Part shown: positions 24,653-38,624 of the stretch, one piece after another | How the letters are laid out: the number at the start of each line of letters is the position of its first letter | Position numbering within the stretch: the first letter of the stretch is position 1 | NCBI GenBank assembly: GCA_963821525.1 | Contig: CAWGED010000005.1 | Span: 1,088,001-1,152,000, forward strand | DNA length: 64,000 bases | From: an uncultured Gemmatimonadales bacterium | Lineage (GTDB): Bacteria > Gemmatimonadota > Gemmatimonadetes > Gemmatimonadales > GWC2-71-9 | Reading direction: 5' to 3' | Made by a program: the position numbers and the translations under genes | Notes under the pieces: generated by a model | Told to the model about the DNA's origin: nothing | What the model saw: the letters and a program-made list of their open reading frames with translations, nothing else | The model's database searches: none

Positions 24653-25753
24653 ATGCGCGACCTCAAAGAACAGCTCGACGATCTTGACACCAGGGTAATC
24701 CAGCTCCGGGACTTTCTTTGACCTCGATGCCAAGCGTAGTCAGCTGTCCGAGCTGGAAACCCGCCAGGCTGATCCCACCTTCTGGTCCAAGGCCGATCGC
24801 GCCCGGGAGGTGGTCCAGGAAATCAAGCAACTGAAGAGCTGGATCCAGCCCTACGACGATATTCGTCGCCGGCTCGAGGACGCTCGCGCCATGGTCGAGC
24901 TGCTCGAGGCCGAGCCCGACGAGGCGATGTCCACCGAGCTTGTGGGCGAGGCCGAACGCCTCGGCAAGTCGGTCGAGAGCTTCGAGCTCCAGACCATGCT
25001 GCAGGGTCCCGACGACACGCGCGACGCGATTCTGACCATTCATCCCGGCGCTGGCGGTACCGAATCCCAGGATTGGGCGGAGATGCTCAAGCGGATGTAC
25101 GTCCGCTGGGGAGAACGCCGCGGCTATGAAGTCTCGGTGCTGGACGAGCAGCCGGGCGAAGAGGCGGGAATCAAGTCGGTGTCGCTCGAGATCAAGGGAG
25201 AGTACGCCTACGGCTTTTTGAAGGCGGAGAAGGGAGTCCACCGGCTGGTGCGGATCTCTCCATACGACTCCCAGGCCCGGCGACATACTTCCTTCGCCTC
25301 GGTGTTCGTCTATCCCGACATCGACGACACGATCGAAGTCGATCTCCGGGAGGAAGACATCAAGATGGATGTCTTCCGGGCCTCGGGCGCCGGCGGGCAG
25401 CACGTCAACAAGACCTCATCCGCCGTGCGGCTCACGCACATCCCGACCGGGCTCGTCGTGTCCTGCCAGCAGGAGCGGAGCCAGAGTAAGAACCGGGCGA
25501 CCGCGATGAAGATGCTGCGGGCGGCGATCTACCAGAAAAAGCTGGAGGAGCAGGAGGCCGCCCGGGCCAAGATCGAAGCCACCAAGACCGACAACTCCTG
25601 GGGCAACCAGATCCGGTCCTACGTGTTCCAGCCCTATACCATGGTCAACGACCATCGGACCGAGTTGAAGGTCGGCGACGTGCAGCGGGTGATGGATGGC
25701 GACCTGGATGAGTTCATCGAGGCGTACCTGAAGCGATTCGGGGGCAAAGCGGC

Positions 25754-25757
<4 letters not shown>
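24653..25757 (+). CDS. prfB: peptide chain release factor 2 with programmed +1 frameshift
   Basis: MRDLKEQ...RDFL then CTT TGA C at 24716-24722. The +1 frame joins ORF 24810..25757, which has SPY, GGQ and WGNQIRSY motifs. Confidence 0.97.
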
Positions 25758-27268
<1,511 letters not shown>

Positions 27269-27269
<1 letters not shown>

Positions 27270-28563
27270 TGGCCCGTCGGCGGAGGCGTCGAGCTGCTCA
27301 GTCTGCTCCGGTGGCCCGACCCGCTGGAGCGGAAGATCGCCGGCCGTTACATGCGGGGCCGCCGTTCTCGCAGCGCTGTCGCTGAACACCCTGATTTCCA
27401 TCGGCGGTGTCGCCGTCGGCGTCATGGCTCTGATCGTGGTCCTTGGCGTGATGAATGGACTGCGGAACGACCTCCGGGAGCGGATCCTCGTCGCCAACCC
27501 CCACCTCCGGATCCTGACCTTCGGCACCGGTCTCCGACTCGACAACTGGCGGGAAGTCATAGAGCAGGTTCGCAAGGAACCCGGAGTCGTCGCCGCGGCG
27601 CCGGAGGTCATCAGCCAATCGCTGATTTCCGCTGGCTCGGACTATGCGGAGGGGGTTCAGATCGTGGGATTCGATCCGGACACCGGCTCTCGCTCGGTCA
27701 CATCTCTGCCGCAGGCGCTCACCAAGGGCGACCTCCAGTTCAAGCCGACTCGAAATGATGTCGACGGGGGTATCATCCTTGGGTACCGGTTGTCGGAGCG
27801 GCTTTCGGTGTATCCGGGAGACGTGGTGACGATGGTGCCGCCCAAGGCCGGTGCCGTAAACCCGGCGCTGGGCTTCGCGGTCCCTCGATACTGGAAATTC
27901 GAAGTGACCGGTTTGTTCAACACTGGAATGTTCCAGTACGACAACCAGTTTGTCGTGCTGTCGCGGGAGGTGGCGCAACGCTTCACCGGTTTGGGAGACG
28001 CTGTTTCGGGCATCGACATCCGGGTCACCGATCCCTGGAAGGCCCCGGAAATCGGCCGGCGCCTCGAGGAGAAACTGGGGTATCCCTATCGAGCGCTGGA
28101 CTGGCAATCTCAGAACGAGACGCTGTTCAGCGCCCTGCAGCTCGAGAAGGTCGCCATGGGCTTCATCATCTTCTTCATCATGATCGTGGCGGCGTTCAAC
28201 ATCGTTGGTACGCTCACCATGGTCGTGGCGGAAAAGACGCGGGAAATCGGAATCCTTCAGGCAATGGGACTGCAACGGCAGGCGATCGCCCGAATCTTCC
28301 TGGCCCAGGGCGCGATTATCGGCCTGGTCGGCGTGGTGATCGGGCTGGTTGGCGGTCTCACGATCGCGTTTGCGGTGGATCGGGGCAAATGGATCCGAAT
28401 CAACCCGACGGTCTACTTCATCGACCATCTGCCGATTCACGTGGAGTTGTTCGACGTCGGCGTCGTAGTCGTGGCCAGTCTGCTGCTCGCCGTCGTGGCC
28501 ACGCTGCACCCTTCACGCACCGCCTCGCGGCTCACGCCGGTCGAGGCCATCCGGCACGAATGA
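27269..28563 (+). CDS. lolE: lipoprotein-releasing ABC permease LolC/E; N-terminal frameshifts
   Basis: ALIVVLGVMNG, VAAFNIVGTL, EKTREIGILQAMG and PVEAIRHE motifs; precedes lolD. Confidence 0.88.
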
Positions 28564-29261
28564 GCGCCGTCCTCATCGCGCAGGGCGTGCGCAAGGTCTA
28601 CGAGGGCGGAGACGGCACTCCGCTCGAGGTGCTTGCCGGAGTCGATCTCGAGGTGCGACGGGGGGAATTCGTCTCCATCGTGGGAGCGAGCGGCGCGGGG
28701 AAGAGCACCCTGCTGCATCTCCTGGGCGCGCTCGATCGGGCCACCGAAGGCCGGCTCGCGCTCGACGGTGTCGAATACGCCATGGCCACCGACGCCGAAC
28801 TGGGTGAAGTGCGAAATCGAAAGCTCGGGTTCATCTTCCAGTTCCATCACCTGCTCCGGGAGTTCACGGCGCTGGAGAATGTGATGATGCCGTTGCTGAT
28901 TGGAGGACAAACAGCACAGGCGGCAGAGGCACGGGCCCGGGAGCTGCTCGACGTAGTCGGTCTGAGCGAGCGGCTCACTCACCGTCCGGCTGCCCTTTCG
29001 GGCGGGGAGCAGCAGCGGGTCGCGGTGGCGCGAGCATTGGCCAACGACCCGGACGTGGTTCTGGCCGACGAGCCCTCCGGCAATCTGGACCACGCCCACA
29101 GCGACCGCCTCCACGACCTGCTCGCCTCTCTCACCCGGGAGTTCGAAACCGCCCTCGTGGTGGTCACCCACAACCGACTGCTGGCCGCTCGGGCCGATCG
29201 GGTCCTCGCCATGGAAGGCGGCCGTCTGGTGCCGGTAGCTGGCGTGGAGGCGGCGTCCTGA
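28560..29261 (+). CDS. lolD: lipoprotein-releasing ABC ATPase LolD
   Basis: GASGAGKST, GFIFQFHHLL, LSGGEQQRVA and ADEPSGNLD motifs. Confidence 0.92.
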   Translation: MSAVLIAQGVRKVYEGGDGTPLEVLAGVDLEVRRGEFVSIVGASGAGKSTLLHLLGALDRATEGRLALDGVEYAMATDAELGEVRNRKLGFIFQFHHLLREFTALENVMMPLLIGGQTAQAAEARARELLDVVGLSERLTHRPAALSGGEQQRVAVARALANDPDVVLADEPSGNLDHAHSDRLHDLLASLTREFETALVVVTHNRLLAARADRVLAMEGGRLVPVAGVEAAS

Positions 29262-29762
29262 TGCTCTGCAGCCAGTGTCACGAACGGACCGCGGTGGTGA
29301 ATCTCCACCAGATTGCCGATGGGGAAGTGGTGCTGCTGCACCTCTGCGAGCGTTGCGCCGCGGAGAAAGGGGTGGACAGCTCCGTCAACTTTGACCAAGA
29401 CGCCGGTCGGGACCTTCCTCGCCAGCATGGGGAAGGGGTTGGATCTCCCCACCGGCGGCGCCGTCGCCGAAGGGATGACCTCCTGTCCAGCTTGTGGTGC
29501 CACGCTCGACGATTTTCGTGAAACGGGCCGAGTCGGCTGTGCCCAGTGTTATAAGACCTTCGAGGTCGCACTCAGGGAGCTGCTGCGCCGGCTGCACGGG
29601 TCGAGCCGGCATTTTGGTGAGCGGTACCGGCCGAGCGAATCCGAAACGGGCGTTCCGTCGGCGCGCGAGTTGCGCGAGCAGCTGCGCGTGGCGGTGGAGG
29701 CGGAAGACTTCGAGCTCGCTGCGGAGCTGCGCGACCGGCTTCGGGTGGTGGAGAACCAGTGA
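29261..29762 (+). CDS. mcsA: McsA (CxxC motifs plus UvrB/C domain); frameshift near 29390
   Basis: CSQC, LCERCA, CPAC, GCAQCY and AVEAEDFELAAELRDRL; precedes mcsB. Confidence 0.92.
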
Positions 29763-30852
29763 TTGACCTGAGTCTGCTGCCCGACGGTGGCATGCCCTGG
29801 CTCGATGCGAGCGGAAACGCGAGCCATCTCGTGCTCTCGACCCGGATTCGGCTGGCCCGCAACCTCGCCGACCGTCCTTTCAGCCTCCGGTCGTCTCCCA
29901 ATGAACGCGAGGCGATTTTCGCCGAGGTGACGGAAGTTGCGAAGGAAACCGTCTCCTTGCGGCGGGCGCACGGCTTCCGGCTCGACCGCCTGGAGCCGAT
30001 GGACCGGCATCTGCTGCACGAGCGGCACCTGGTGAGCAGGGAATTGGCCGGTCTGGACCCGAGCGGGGCGGTGCGGTCGGGCGCGGCACTGTTGGTGCAG
30101 GACCGGGTCAGCGTGATGTTGAACGAAGAGGACCATCTCCGGCTGCAAAGCCTGCATTCCGGGCTCGCGCTGGAGGCGGCGTACCAGGAGGCGGACCGGC
30201 TGGACGGTGAACTGGGGCAACGACTTCCCTTCGCATTTCATCCGGAGTTTGGGTATCTTACCACCTGCCCGACCAATGTCGGCACGGGGCTCCGGGCCTC
30301 AGTGCTTATCCACTTGCCGGGCTTGGTGTTAACAAAGGAAATCTCGAAGGTTCTGCAGGGGCTTTCCTCGGTGGGGCTGACCCACCGCGGGCTGTACGGC
30401 GAAGGCAGCGAAGTGGTCGGAAATTTCTTCCAGCTGTCCAACCAGATGACGCTGGGAAAATCCGAGCGCGGAGCTGCTGGATCATCTGGGCAAGATGGTT
30501 CGCCAGGTGATCGAGTACGAAGAGCAGGCTCGTCAGGTCCTGATGCGGGAAGTCGCAACGATCATCGAGGACAAGGTGTGGCGAGCCTACGGATTGCTTC
30601 GCTACGCCCGCACGCTGTCCTTCGATGAGGCGATGAATCTCTTGAGCGGCGTCCGGCTGGGTGTGGGGCTTGGCCTGATTCGGACGGTCGTCTCTACACA
30701 CTCAACAAGCTGCTGGTGTACACGCAGCCTGCCCACCTTGCGGTCGCCGAAGGATTGCAGATGGACGATCCCGAGCTCGGCGCCCGCCGCGCCCGAGTAC
30801 GTCCGAACGCCTGTTGGAAGACGAAGCGACGGTCGTCGAGGGTGACGCATGA
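29759..30852 (+). CDS. mcsB: protein arginine kinase McsB; frameshifts near 30470, 30690 and 30790
   Basis: STRIRLARNL, NEEDH, LTTCPTNVGTGLRAS and SNQMTLG motifs; stop overlaps the clpC ATG. Confidence 0.93.
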
Positions 30853-33341
30853 ACGGCTACAACTTCACTGACCGCGTCCGCAAAGTGCTGCAGATGGCCC
30901 GCGAGGAGGCGGCCCGCCTGCACCACGAATACGTCGGCACCGAACACATCCTCCTCGGGCTCATCCGCGAGGGCGAAGGGGTCGCCGCCGCGGTGCTCAC
31001 CAACCTGAACGTCGATCTCGAAGAGATCCAGCAGAAGATCGAGGAGACGGTAAAGAAGGGGAAAGCCGCGGCCGCGGCGGGCCCCGACCTGCCGTACACC
31101 TCGCGCGCCAAGAAGGTGCTCGAGCTCGCGATGACCGAAGCCCGCGAGCTCAACCACAGCTACGTCGGGCACCGAGCACCTGCTGCTCGGCCTCTTGCGC
31201 GAGGAGAAGGGCATCGCCGCGCAGGTGCTGACCGACGCCGGGCGTCAACCTGGAGCAGTCGCGGGCGGAGACGCTGCGGCTGCTGGGCAGCGACATGCCG
31301 CAGTCGCAGCTCCAGCTCGAGCGGCGGCGCCAGCCCCCCCGGCCGCGGCCCCCAAGTCCGAGAAGAAATCCAAGACTCCCGCGCTCGACCACTTCTGCCG
31401 CGATCTGACCCAGCTCGCCGCCGAAGGCCAGCTCGATCCGACCATCGGGCGGGCCAAGGAGATCGAGCGGGTCATGGAGATCCTGGCCCGCCGCAAGAAG
31501 AACAACCCGGTGCTGATCGGCGAGCCCGGCGTCGGGCAAGACCGCCATCGTCGAGGGTCTGGCGCTGCTGATCGCCAACGGCTGTGCCCCGACGTGCTGC
31601 GAGGATCACCGGGTCCTCTCGCTCGACATGGCGGCGGTCATCGCGGGCACCAAGTACCGCGGCCAGTTCGAGGAGCGGCTCAAGGCGGTCATGAACGAGA
31701 TCGCCCAGAACAAGCAGATCATCCTGTTCATCGACGAGCTGCACACGCTGGTCGGGCGCCGGCGCCGCGGAAGGCGCCATCGACGCCTCCAACATGCTCA
31801 AGCCCGCGCTGGCGCGCGGCGAGCTGCAGTGCGTCGGCGCCTCGACCCTGAACGAGTACCGCAAGTACATCGAGAAGGACGGCGCGCTCGAGCGGCGCTT
31901 CCAGACCGTCATGGTCGAGCCGCCGACGGTCGAGGAGACGATCGAGATCCTCAAGGGTCTGCGCAAGAAGTACGAGGACCACCACCGGGTCATGATCCCC
32001 GACGAGACGCTCGACGCGGCCGCGAAGCTGTCGGAGCGCTACATCACCGACCGGTTCCTGCCCGACAAGGCCATCGACGTGATCGACGAGGCCGGCGCCC
32101 GCGCCCGTCTGGCCTCCCAGGTGCCGCCGGCCGAGGTGGCCGAGCTCAAGGACGGCGCTGGAGAAGGTGAACCTGGAGAAGGAAGACGCCGTCCGCGACC
32201 AGAACTTCGAGCGGGCCGCCTCGCTGCGGGACCAGGAGCGGGACCTGCAGAACCAGATCCGGCTCAAGCAGGAGGAGTGGGAGCGGGAGCGGCAGACCCG
32301 CCGCCCGGTGATCGACGAGGAGGAGATCGCCTTCATCGTCTCGCGCTGGACCGGGATTCCGGTCACCCGGCTGCAGGAGGCGGAGACCGCCGCGGCTGCT
32401 CCGGATGGAGGACGAGCTGCACCAGCGCGTGGTGGGACAGGACGAGGCCATCAAGGCGGTTTCCCGGGCCATCCGGCGCTCCCGCGCGGGGCTCAAGGAT
32501 CCGAAGCGGCCGATCGGCTCGTTCATCTTCTCCGGCCCCACTGGCGTGGGCAAGACCGAGCTGGCCCGCGCGCTCGCCAAGTTCCTGTTCGCCGACGCCT
32601 CGGCCCTGATCCGGGTGGACATGTCGGAGTACATGGAGAAGTTCTCGGTCAGCCGGCTGATCGGCGCGCCGCCGGGATACGTCGGCTACGAGGATTCGCG
32701 GCACGCTGACCAAGGCCGTGCGCCGGAAGCCCTACTCGGTCGTCCTGCTGGACGAGATCGAGAAGGCGCACCCGGACGTCTTCAACATCCTGCTCCAGGT
32801 GCTCGACGAAGGGCATCTGACCGACAACTACGGCCGGGTGATCGACTTCAAGAACACCGTCGTCATCATGACCTCGAACGTCGGCGCCCGCGACATCATG
32901 CAGGGCAAGACGCTCGGCTTCCACGGCTCCGACTTCAAGGCCACGTTCGAGAAGATGCAGGAGAAGGTCAAGGACGAGATGAACAAGGTCTTCAACCCCG
33001 AGTTCCTCAACCGGGTGGACGACGTCATCGTGTTCCACCCGCTCCAGAAGGAGCACATCGCGCAGATCGTCACGATCCTGCTCCGCGAGGTGCAGCGCCG
33101 TCTGGGCGACGAGGTCCTGCGGCTTACGCCTGCGGCGCTGGACTTCCTGGTCGAGCAGGGGTACGACCAGAACTACGGCGCGCGGCCGCTGAAGCGCGCA
33201 ATCCAGAAATACGTCGAGGATCCGCTGAGCGAGAAGATCCTGCTCGGCGATTTCGGCCGGGGCGACGAGATCGAGGTGGACGTCGCTCCGGACGGCGAAC
33301 AGCTCTCCTTCCGCGCCCTCACCGGCTCTCCCAAGGCCTGA
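30849..33341 (+). CDS. clpC: Clp protease ATPase ClpC; many single-base indels
   Basis: Double Clp-N domain, [16 protein letters not shown] coil, [17 protein letters not shown] and [10 protein letters not shown] motifs. Confidence 0.95.
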
Positions 33342-33388
33342 GCCATCCGGCGCAGCGGCTTCCTGCCGCTGCGCCGTCGCGTTTCCGA

Positions 33389-35767
33389 ATGCATCGTTGG
33401 CCTCGCGCCCTTATCGCGTCCGTACTGCTCGCCGCTCCCGCGGCCCTGTCCGCCCAGGATCAGGTGTCTCCGGCGGTGGATAGCGTCTCTGGTCGAAGGC
33501 AATTCGCGCCTCACCGAGTCCCAGATTCTGGGAACCGCCGGCGTGACGCCCCACCAGCCCACCAATTACCGCGACTCCAGCGCGCCATCAGCTCGCTGTT
33601 CAAGACCGGCCAGTTCGACGACGTGACCCTGGAGCAGCGCCCCGAAGGCGATAAGCTCAACCTGGTCATTCACGTGAAAGAGCGCCCGATCCTGCGCAAA
33701 TGGACGGTGCAGGGGGACCGAACGGCTCTCCGAGAGAACGGTCAAGGAGCGAGTCAAGCTGGTGGCAGGGCGCGCCAATCGACCGGGCCGCCGAGGAGCG
33801 GGGACGGGCGTCGATCGATTCGCTCTACGGGCCCAGGGATACTACTCGGCCACGACCAAGCTCAACGAGATCACCGAGGCCGACGGGAAGCTGCTCGTCA
33901 TCTTCGACATTTCCGAGGGCAATCGGGTAGCCATCAGCCAGGTGGACGTTTCGAGGGCAACGAGAAATTCTCCGACAAGCGAGCTGGTCCATCACATGAG
34001 TACCAAGCCGGAAGGTTTCTTCTGGTGGCAGAAGGGAGCCTACGACGACGAGAAGGTCGAGCGGGACCTGCGCGAGCGGCTGCCGCGCCTGGTATGGCCG
34101 TCACGGTTACATCGACTTTCAGGTGACCGCGTGATTCCATCGAGGTGGACTCGACCACGCGGCAAGGCCACGCTGCACCTGGACGTTGACGAGGGCCAGC
34201 GGTACAAGGTGGGCACGTCTCGAGATCGCCGGCAATCGGCGGTTTTCTTCCGAGGAGCTGCTCCAGTTCTATCCCTTCAACGACGGTCCGCGGCGGGCTC
34301 CGGTCGGAGTTCAACGTCGGTCGATTGGGAAGCGGCCACCGAGAAGCATCCAGGACCTCTACGGCAACAACGGTTACATCTACGCCCAGGTCGTTCCCGA
34401 GGAGATCCCGGCGTACCGGGAGCGACGGCAAGGCATACATCGATCTGACCTGGAACATCCGCGAGGGTGCTCCGGCGACCATCAACAAGATCGAGATCGT
34501 GGGGAACGACGTGACCCACGAGCGGGTGATCCGGGACGCGATCGTGCTGCTCCCGGGCGAGCTGTTCAACCGGGACCGGCTGATCCGCAGCTACCAGAAC
34601 ATCTCCAACCTGGGATTTTTCCAGCAGCCGCTCGCCCCACCCGACGTGAAGCCCACCTCCAACAACGTGGACGTGGACATCGTTTTCCGGGTGGAGGAGA
34701 AACGGACCGGTAACATCAACTTCGGCGCCTCACTCGGGCAGGGCACCGGGGTCGGCGGCTTCATCGGGCTCGAGGAGCCGAACCTGTTCGGCCAGGGAAG
34801 AAGGGCCAGCTGCAGTGGCAGTTCGGGCGGAACATCAAGGACTTCACCATCGGCTACACCGATCCGGCCATCCGCGAGAGCCGTATCTCGGGAACCCTGA
34901 CCCTGTTCAATTCGCGCCAGCGTACACGGTCGGCGATCTGGGCCGGCGCAGGCAAATCGGCGGCAGCCTTCAGTTCGGCTTCCCCTTCTTCGGGTCTCGC
35001 TACACCCGCTTCTTCGCGTCCTACGGCTTGCAGGTCATCCAGTTCACGGAAGGTGCCGAGGATCTGCGCCAGCGGTTCCGCTGCTTCAACTGCACTCCGC
35101 TCGACTCTGGGCGGCAGCCTCGTCCGGGACACCCGGATCGACCTCCCCTTCGCCACCGGTGGATCGCTGCTCAACGGCTCGTTGGAATTCAACGGCGGCC
35201 CGCTCGGCGGCACGGGAGACTACCGCAAGATCGATTTCGAAGGCCGCTGGTACGCGCCGCTGGGGACGCATGGGCGGGAATGACCAGCTGGGCAGCGGGA
35301 TCCGTTCGTGCTGGGCCTGACAGCCAAGGCAGGGTTCATCTTCGGAGACGCGGGCCCGTTCTTCACCGAGCTGTATTCGATGGGCGGCATCCAGTTCGGC
35401 ATTCCGCTGCGGGGCTATGAGGAATTCTCGATCACGCCGAACGGGTTCGATCCGCTGGCGGGCGGCAGCTCGGCGGCGAGCCCCGAATCCTTCGGCGGAT
35501 CCTACGCGGCCTTCACGTACCGAGCTGGGCGCCCGGGTGAGCCAGTCGCTCTACTTCGACGTCTTCTTCGATGCGGGTAACGTGTACCGGACTTACTCCC
35601 AGTTCGATCCGAGCCGGCTGTTCCGCGGCGTCGGCGTCGGAGCGGCCGTGATCTCGCCGCTCGGACCCATCGGCATCGACCTGGGTTATGGGTTCGATCG
35701 CCTCGACGTTCGTGGACGGCCCGACCCCGGCTGGAAACTCCACTTCCGGCTGGGCAACTTCTTCTAA
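33389..35767 (+). CDS. bamA: outer membrane protein assembly factor BamA; many indels
   Basis: Signal peptide, POTRA motifs ([15 protein letters not shown]), PLRGY and C-terminal [13 protein letters not shown]...FRLGNFF. Confidence 0.92.
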
Positions 35768-35783
35768 TCAGAGGAGTCCGCTG

Positions 35784-36315
35784 ATGATCGGTTCGCTGTC
35801 TGGCAGGCTCGGCCTGGCCCTTGTAGCTCTGACACTGGCTGCTCCCGTTGGCGGCGCAGCAGGGGCAGAAGATCGCCTACATCGACTCGCGTCAGGTGCT
35901 TGCCGCGATGCCGGGGTATGCCCAGGCCGAGTCAACCTACAACAAGGAAGTCCAGGGGTACCGGCAGGAAGTCGAAGGATTGCAGACCGCGCTTGATTCC
36001 GCCGCCGCGGAATTCGATCAGCAATCCGTGATGTTGAGCCCCACCGCCCGGGCCAACAAGCGCAAGGATCTGGAGGCCCAGCGGGATCGGCTGGAGAAGC
36101 GGGCCGCCGATCTGCGCGACAAGGCGGTTTCACGGGAGCGGGAACTGCTCGAGCCGATGCACAGCAAGGTCAACGATGCGCTGGACGCGGTGCGGGCCGA
36201 CGGCAACTACGCCATGATCTTCGACGTGAGCGCCAACTCCGGACTGATCGTCTCCGCGGACAAATCGCTGGACCTAACCGCCAAGGTCGTCGAGCGGCTG
36301 AAGGCCAAACCGTAA
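35784..36315 (+). CDS. skp: Skp/OmpH periplasmic chaperone; frameshift near 35850
   Basis: KIAYIDS, coiled coil and DLTAKVVERL; lies between bamA and lpxD. Confidence 0.9.
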
Positions 36316-36319
36316 GCCG

Positions 36320-37372
36320 ATGACCTCCCATCGCCTTTCCGCGCAGGCGGTCGCCGAGCTGGTCGGTGGCCGCCTGTTCGGCGATGGGGGGGTAGAGCTG
36401 GAAGAGCTCGCTCCGCTGGATCGCGCGGGCGCCCACGCGCTGACCTTTCTCGTCTCTGAACGGTATCTCCCGGAATACCGCCGCTCCCATGCCGGTGCGG
36501 TTCTGGTCGCCGAATCCCTCGCCGAGGCGGCCCGGGGCTCGGCCACCCGCATCATCGTGGCGGACATGGCCAGCGCCCTCCACCGGGTCGCCGCGTTCTT
36601 TACTCCGCCAGCCGCGGCGGTCGAGGGCATCCACCCGTCGGCTCAGCTCGGCGCCAATGTGCAGATTGGTGAAGGGGTCTCGATCGGACCGTTCGTCGTG
36701 GTCGAGGACCGCGCCCGGATCGGTCCGGGGACCCGGCTCGAGGCCGGAGTCTTCCTCGCTGCCGAAGTGGAGATTGGCGCAGACTGCGTGCTCGGTCCGC
36801 ACGCCGTCTGCTATCCCGGTGCCCGATTAGGGAACCGGGTGTGGCTCAAAGCCGGAGCAGTGATTGGAGGAACTGGTTTCGGATTCCTTCCGACACCCAA
36901 GGGACATCAGCGCATGCCCCACCAGGGTTCCTGCATTCTCGAGGATGACGTGGAGGTCGGATCGCACAGCTGCATAGATCGCGGTACCTTTGCCGACACC
37001 ATCATCGGACGAGGCACCAAGATCGACAACCTGGTGCAGATCGGCCATAACGTGCGGGTGGGAGCCCGTTGCCTGATCATGGCGACAACGGGGATTGCCG
37101 GCAGTGTCCAGATCGGCAACGACGTGGTCATCGCTGGCGCAGTGGGCATTGCGGACCGGGCCGTAATCGGCGATGGAGCAACGATCAGTGCCAGGAGCGT
37201 GGTATTCGGCCCCAGCCGGATCGAAGCTGGCAGTGTGGTCGGCGGTTATCCCGCTCGCCCCCATCGCGAATTCCTTCGGGCCCAGGCCGCGCTGTACCGT
37301 CTGGCGCCGCTGGTGAACCGGCTCGAAGCTGTAGCGCGCGGGCTACCCGCGGATGCCTCGTCGGACGCTTGA
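36320..37372 (+). CDS. lpxD: UDP-3-O-acylglucosamine N-acyltransferase
   Basis: Hexapeptide repeats, GFGF, IDRG and KIDNLVQIGHN motifs. Confidence 0.95.
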   Translation: MTSHRLSAQAVAELVGGRLFGDGGVELEELAPLDRAGAHALTFLVSERYLPEYRRSHAGAVLVAESLAEAARGSATRIIVADMASALHRVAAFFTPPAAAVEGIHPSAQLGANVQIGEGVSIGPFVVVEDRARIGPGTRLEAGVFLAAEVEIGADCVLGPHAVCYPGARLGNRVWLKAGAVIGGTGFGFLPTPKGHQRMPHQGSCILEDDVEVGSHSCIDRGTFADTIIGRGTKIDNLVQIGHNVRVGARCLIMATTGIAGSVQIGNDVVIAGAVGIADRAVIGDGATISARSVVFGPSRIEAGSVVGGYPARPHREFLRAQAALYRLAPLVNRLEAVARGLPADASSDA

Positions 37373-38196
37373 GTCCACGGTCGAGCTGGTTGGAGTCGGA
37401 CTCCACACCGGCGCTCAGGTTACAACCCGGTGCTGTCCGGCACCGGCGGGGAAGGGTATCGTTTTCCGCCGGACTGACCTCCCGGACCAGCCCTCGATCC
37501 CGGCCCGACTCGACTGGGTTGGTGCGACCGCTCGCCGCACCCAGCTGCGCCGGAACGGCGTCACCCTGGACACCGTGGAGCACCTGCTCGCGGCCGTCGC
37601 GGCCGAGCAGCTCGACGACTTGATGGTTGAGGTGAACGGGTCCTGAGCTTCCGATACTGGACGGAAGCTTCCAGCCCTGGATCGATTCATTCAGCGCCGG
37701 CGGGCGACGGGAACAGGCCGGCGAGCCGGATCGGCTGCGACTCGAGGAATCCGTCCACTTCAGGGACGGAGACTCGGACTACCGGGCCGTTCCAGGGGAC
37801 TCCGCGCTCTTGTCCGTGACCATCGAATGGCCTCACCCATCGATCGGCCGGCAGAGTGCTGAATTGGAGCTGACGGCAGATTCGTTCCGCCGCGAGATCG
37901 CCAGGGCGAGGACCTTCGGTTTCGCTGCGGAGGTCGAGGCCCTGCAGCGTGAGGGCTTACTGAAGGGGGCTACGCCGGGATGCGCGGTCGTGCTGCCCGA
38001 AGGACCGTTGGACCCGGGCGACCTGCGCTGGCCCAACGAGTTCGCCCGCCACAAACTGGGGGACCTTGCCGGAGACCTCATGCTGCTGGGCGGCAGGCTC
38101 CTCGCCAGGATAGAGGCCACCCGGCCCAGTCACCGCGGCAACGTGGCGTTCGCCGCGGCAATAGCGCGCCTGACCCAACCAGAAGGGAAACGGTGA
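37353..38196 (+). CDS. lpxC: UDP-3-O-acyl-GlcNAc deacetylase; frameshift near 37640
   Basis: GVGLHTG, TVEHLLAA, (PEL)PILDGS, ARARTFGF and HKLGDLAGDL motifs. Confidence 0.93.
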
Positions 38197-38624
38197 TGGA
38201 CATCCGAGCGATTCTCGACCTGCTGCCGCACCGCTATCCGTTCCTGTTGGTGGACCGCATCGTCGAGATGCAGGGCACCGAAAAGATCGTCGGACTCAAG
38301 AACGTCACCATGAACGAGCCCTTCTTTCAGGGTCACTTCCCGGGTCACCCCGTCATGCCCGGCGTTCTCATCGTCGAGGCGATGGCGCAGACGGGCGGGC
38401 TGCTGCTCATGGAGAAGATCACCGACCGGGACAAGAAGGTGGTCTACTTCATGTCGCTCGACAACGTGAAATTCAGGCGCCCGGTGGTTCCCGGAGACCA
38501 GTTGCGGATGGAAGTGGAGATGCTCCAGTTCCGGGGCAAGACCTGCCGCATGAAAGGCGTCGCGTACGTGGATGGCAAGGTCGCCGCCGAGGCCGAAATG
38601 ATGGCGGGTGTCGTGGACAAATGA
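38196..38624 (+). CDS. fabZ: 3-hydroxyacyl-ACP dehydratase
   Basis: LPHRYPFLLVD and FQGHFPGHPVMPGVLIVEAMAQ motifs. Confidence 0.97.
   Translation: MDIRAILDLLPHRYPFLLVDRIVEMQGTEKIVGLKNVTMNEPFFQGHFPGHPVMPGVLIVEAMAQTGGLLLMEKITDRDKKVVYFMSLDNVKFRRPVVPGDQLRMEVEMLQFRGKTCRMKGVAYVDGKVAAEAEMMAGVVDK

Noticed and set aside
32405..34126. Apparent ClpC-BamA fusion ORF
   Set aside because: Frame-hopping artefact; clpC ends at 33341 and bamA starts at 33389 with its own signal peptide.
37640..37650. In-frame TGA in lpxC as possible selenocysteine or readthrough
   Set aside because: Removing one G restores the conserved GPELPILDGS, so it is an indel.
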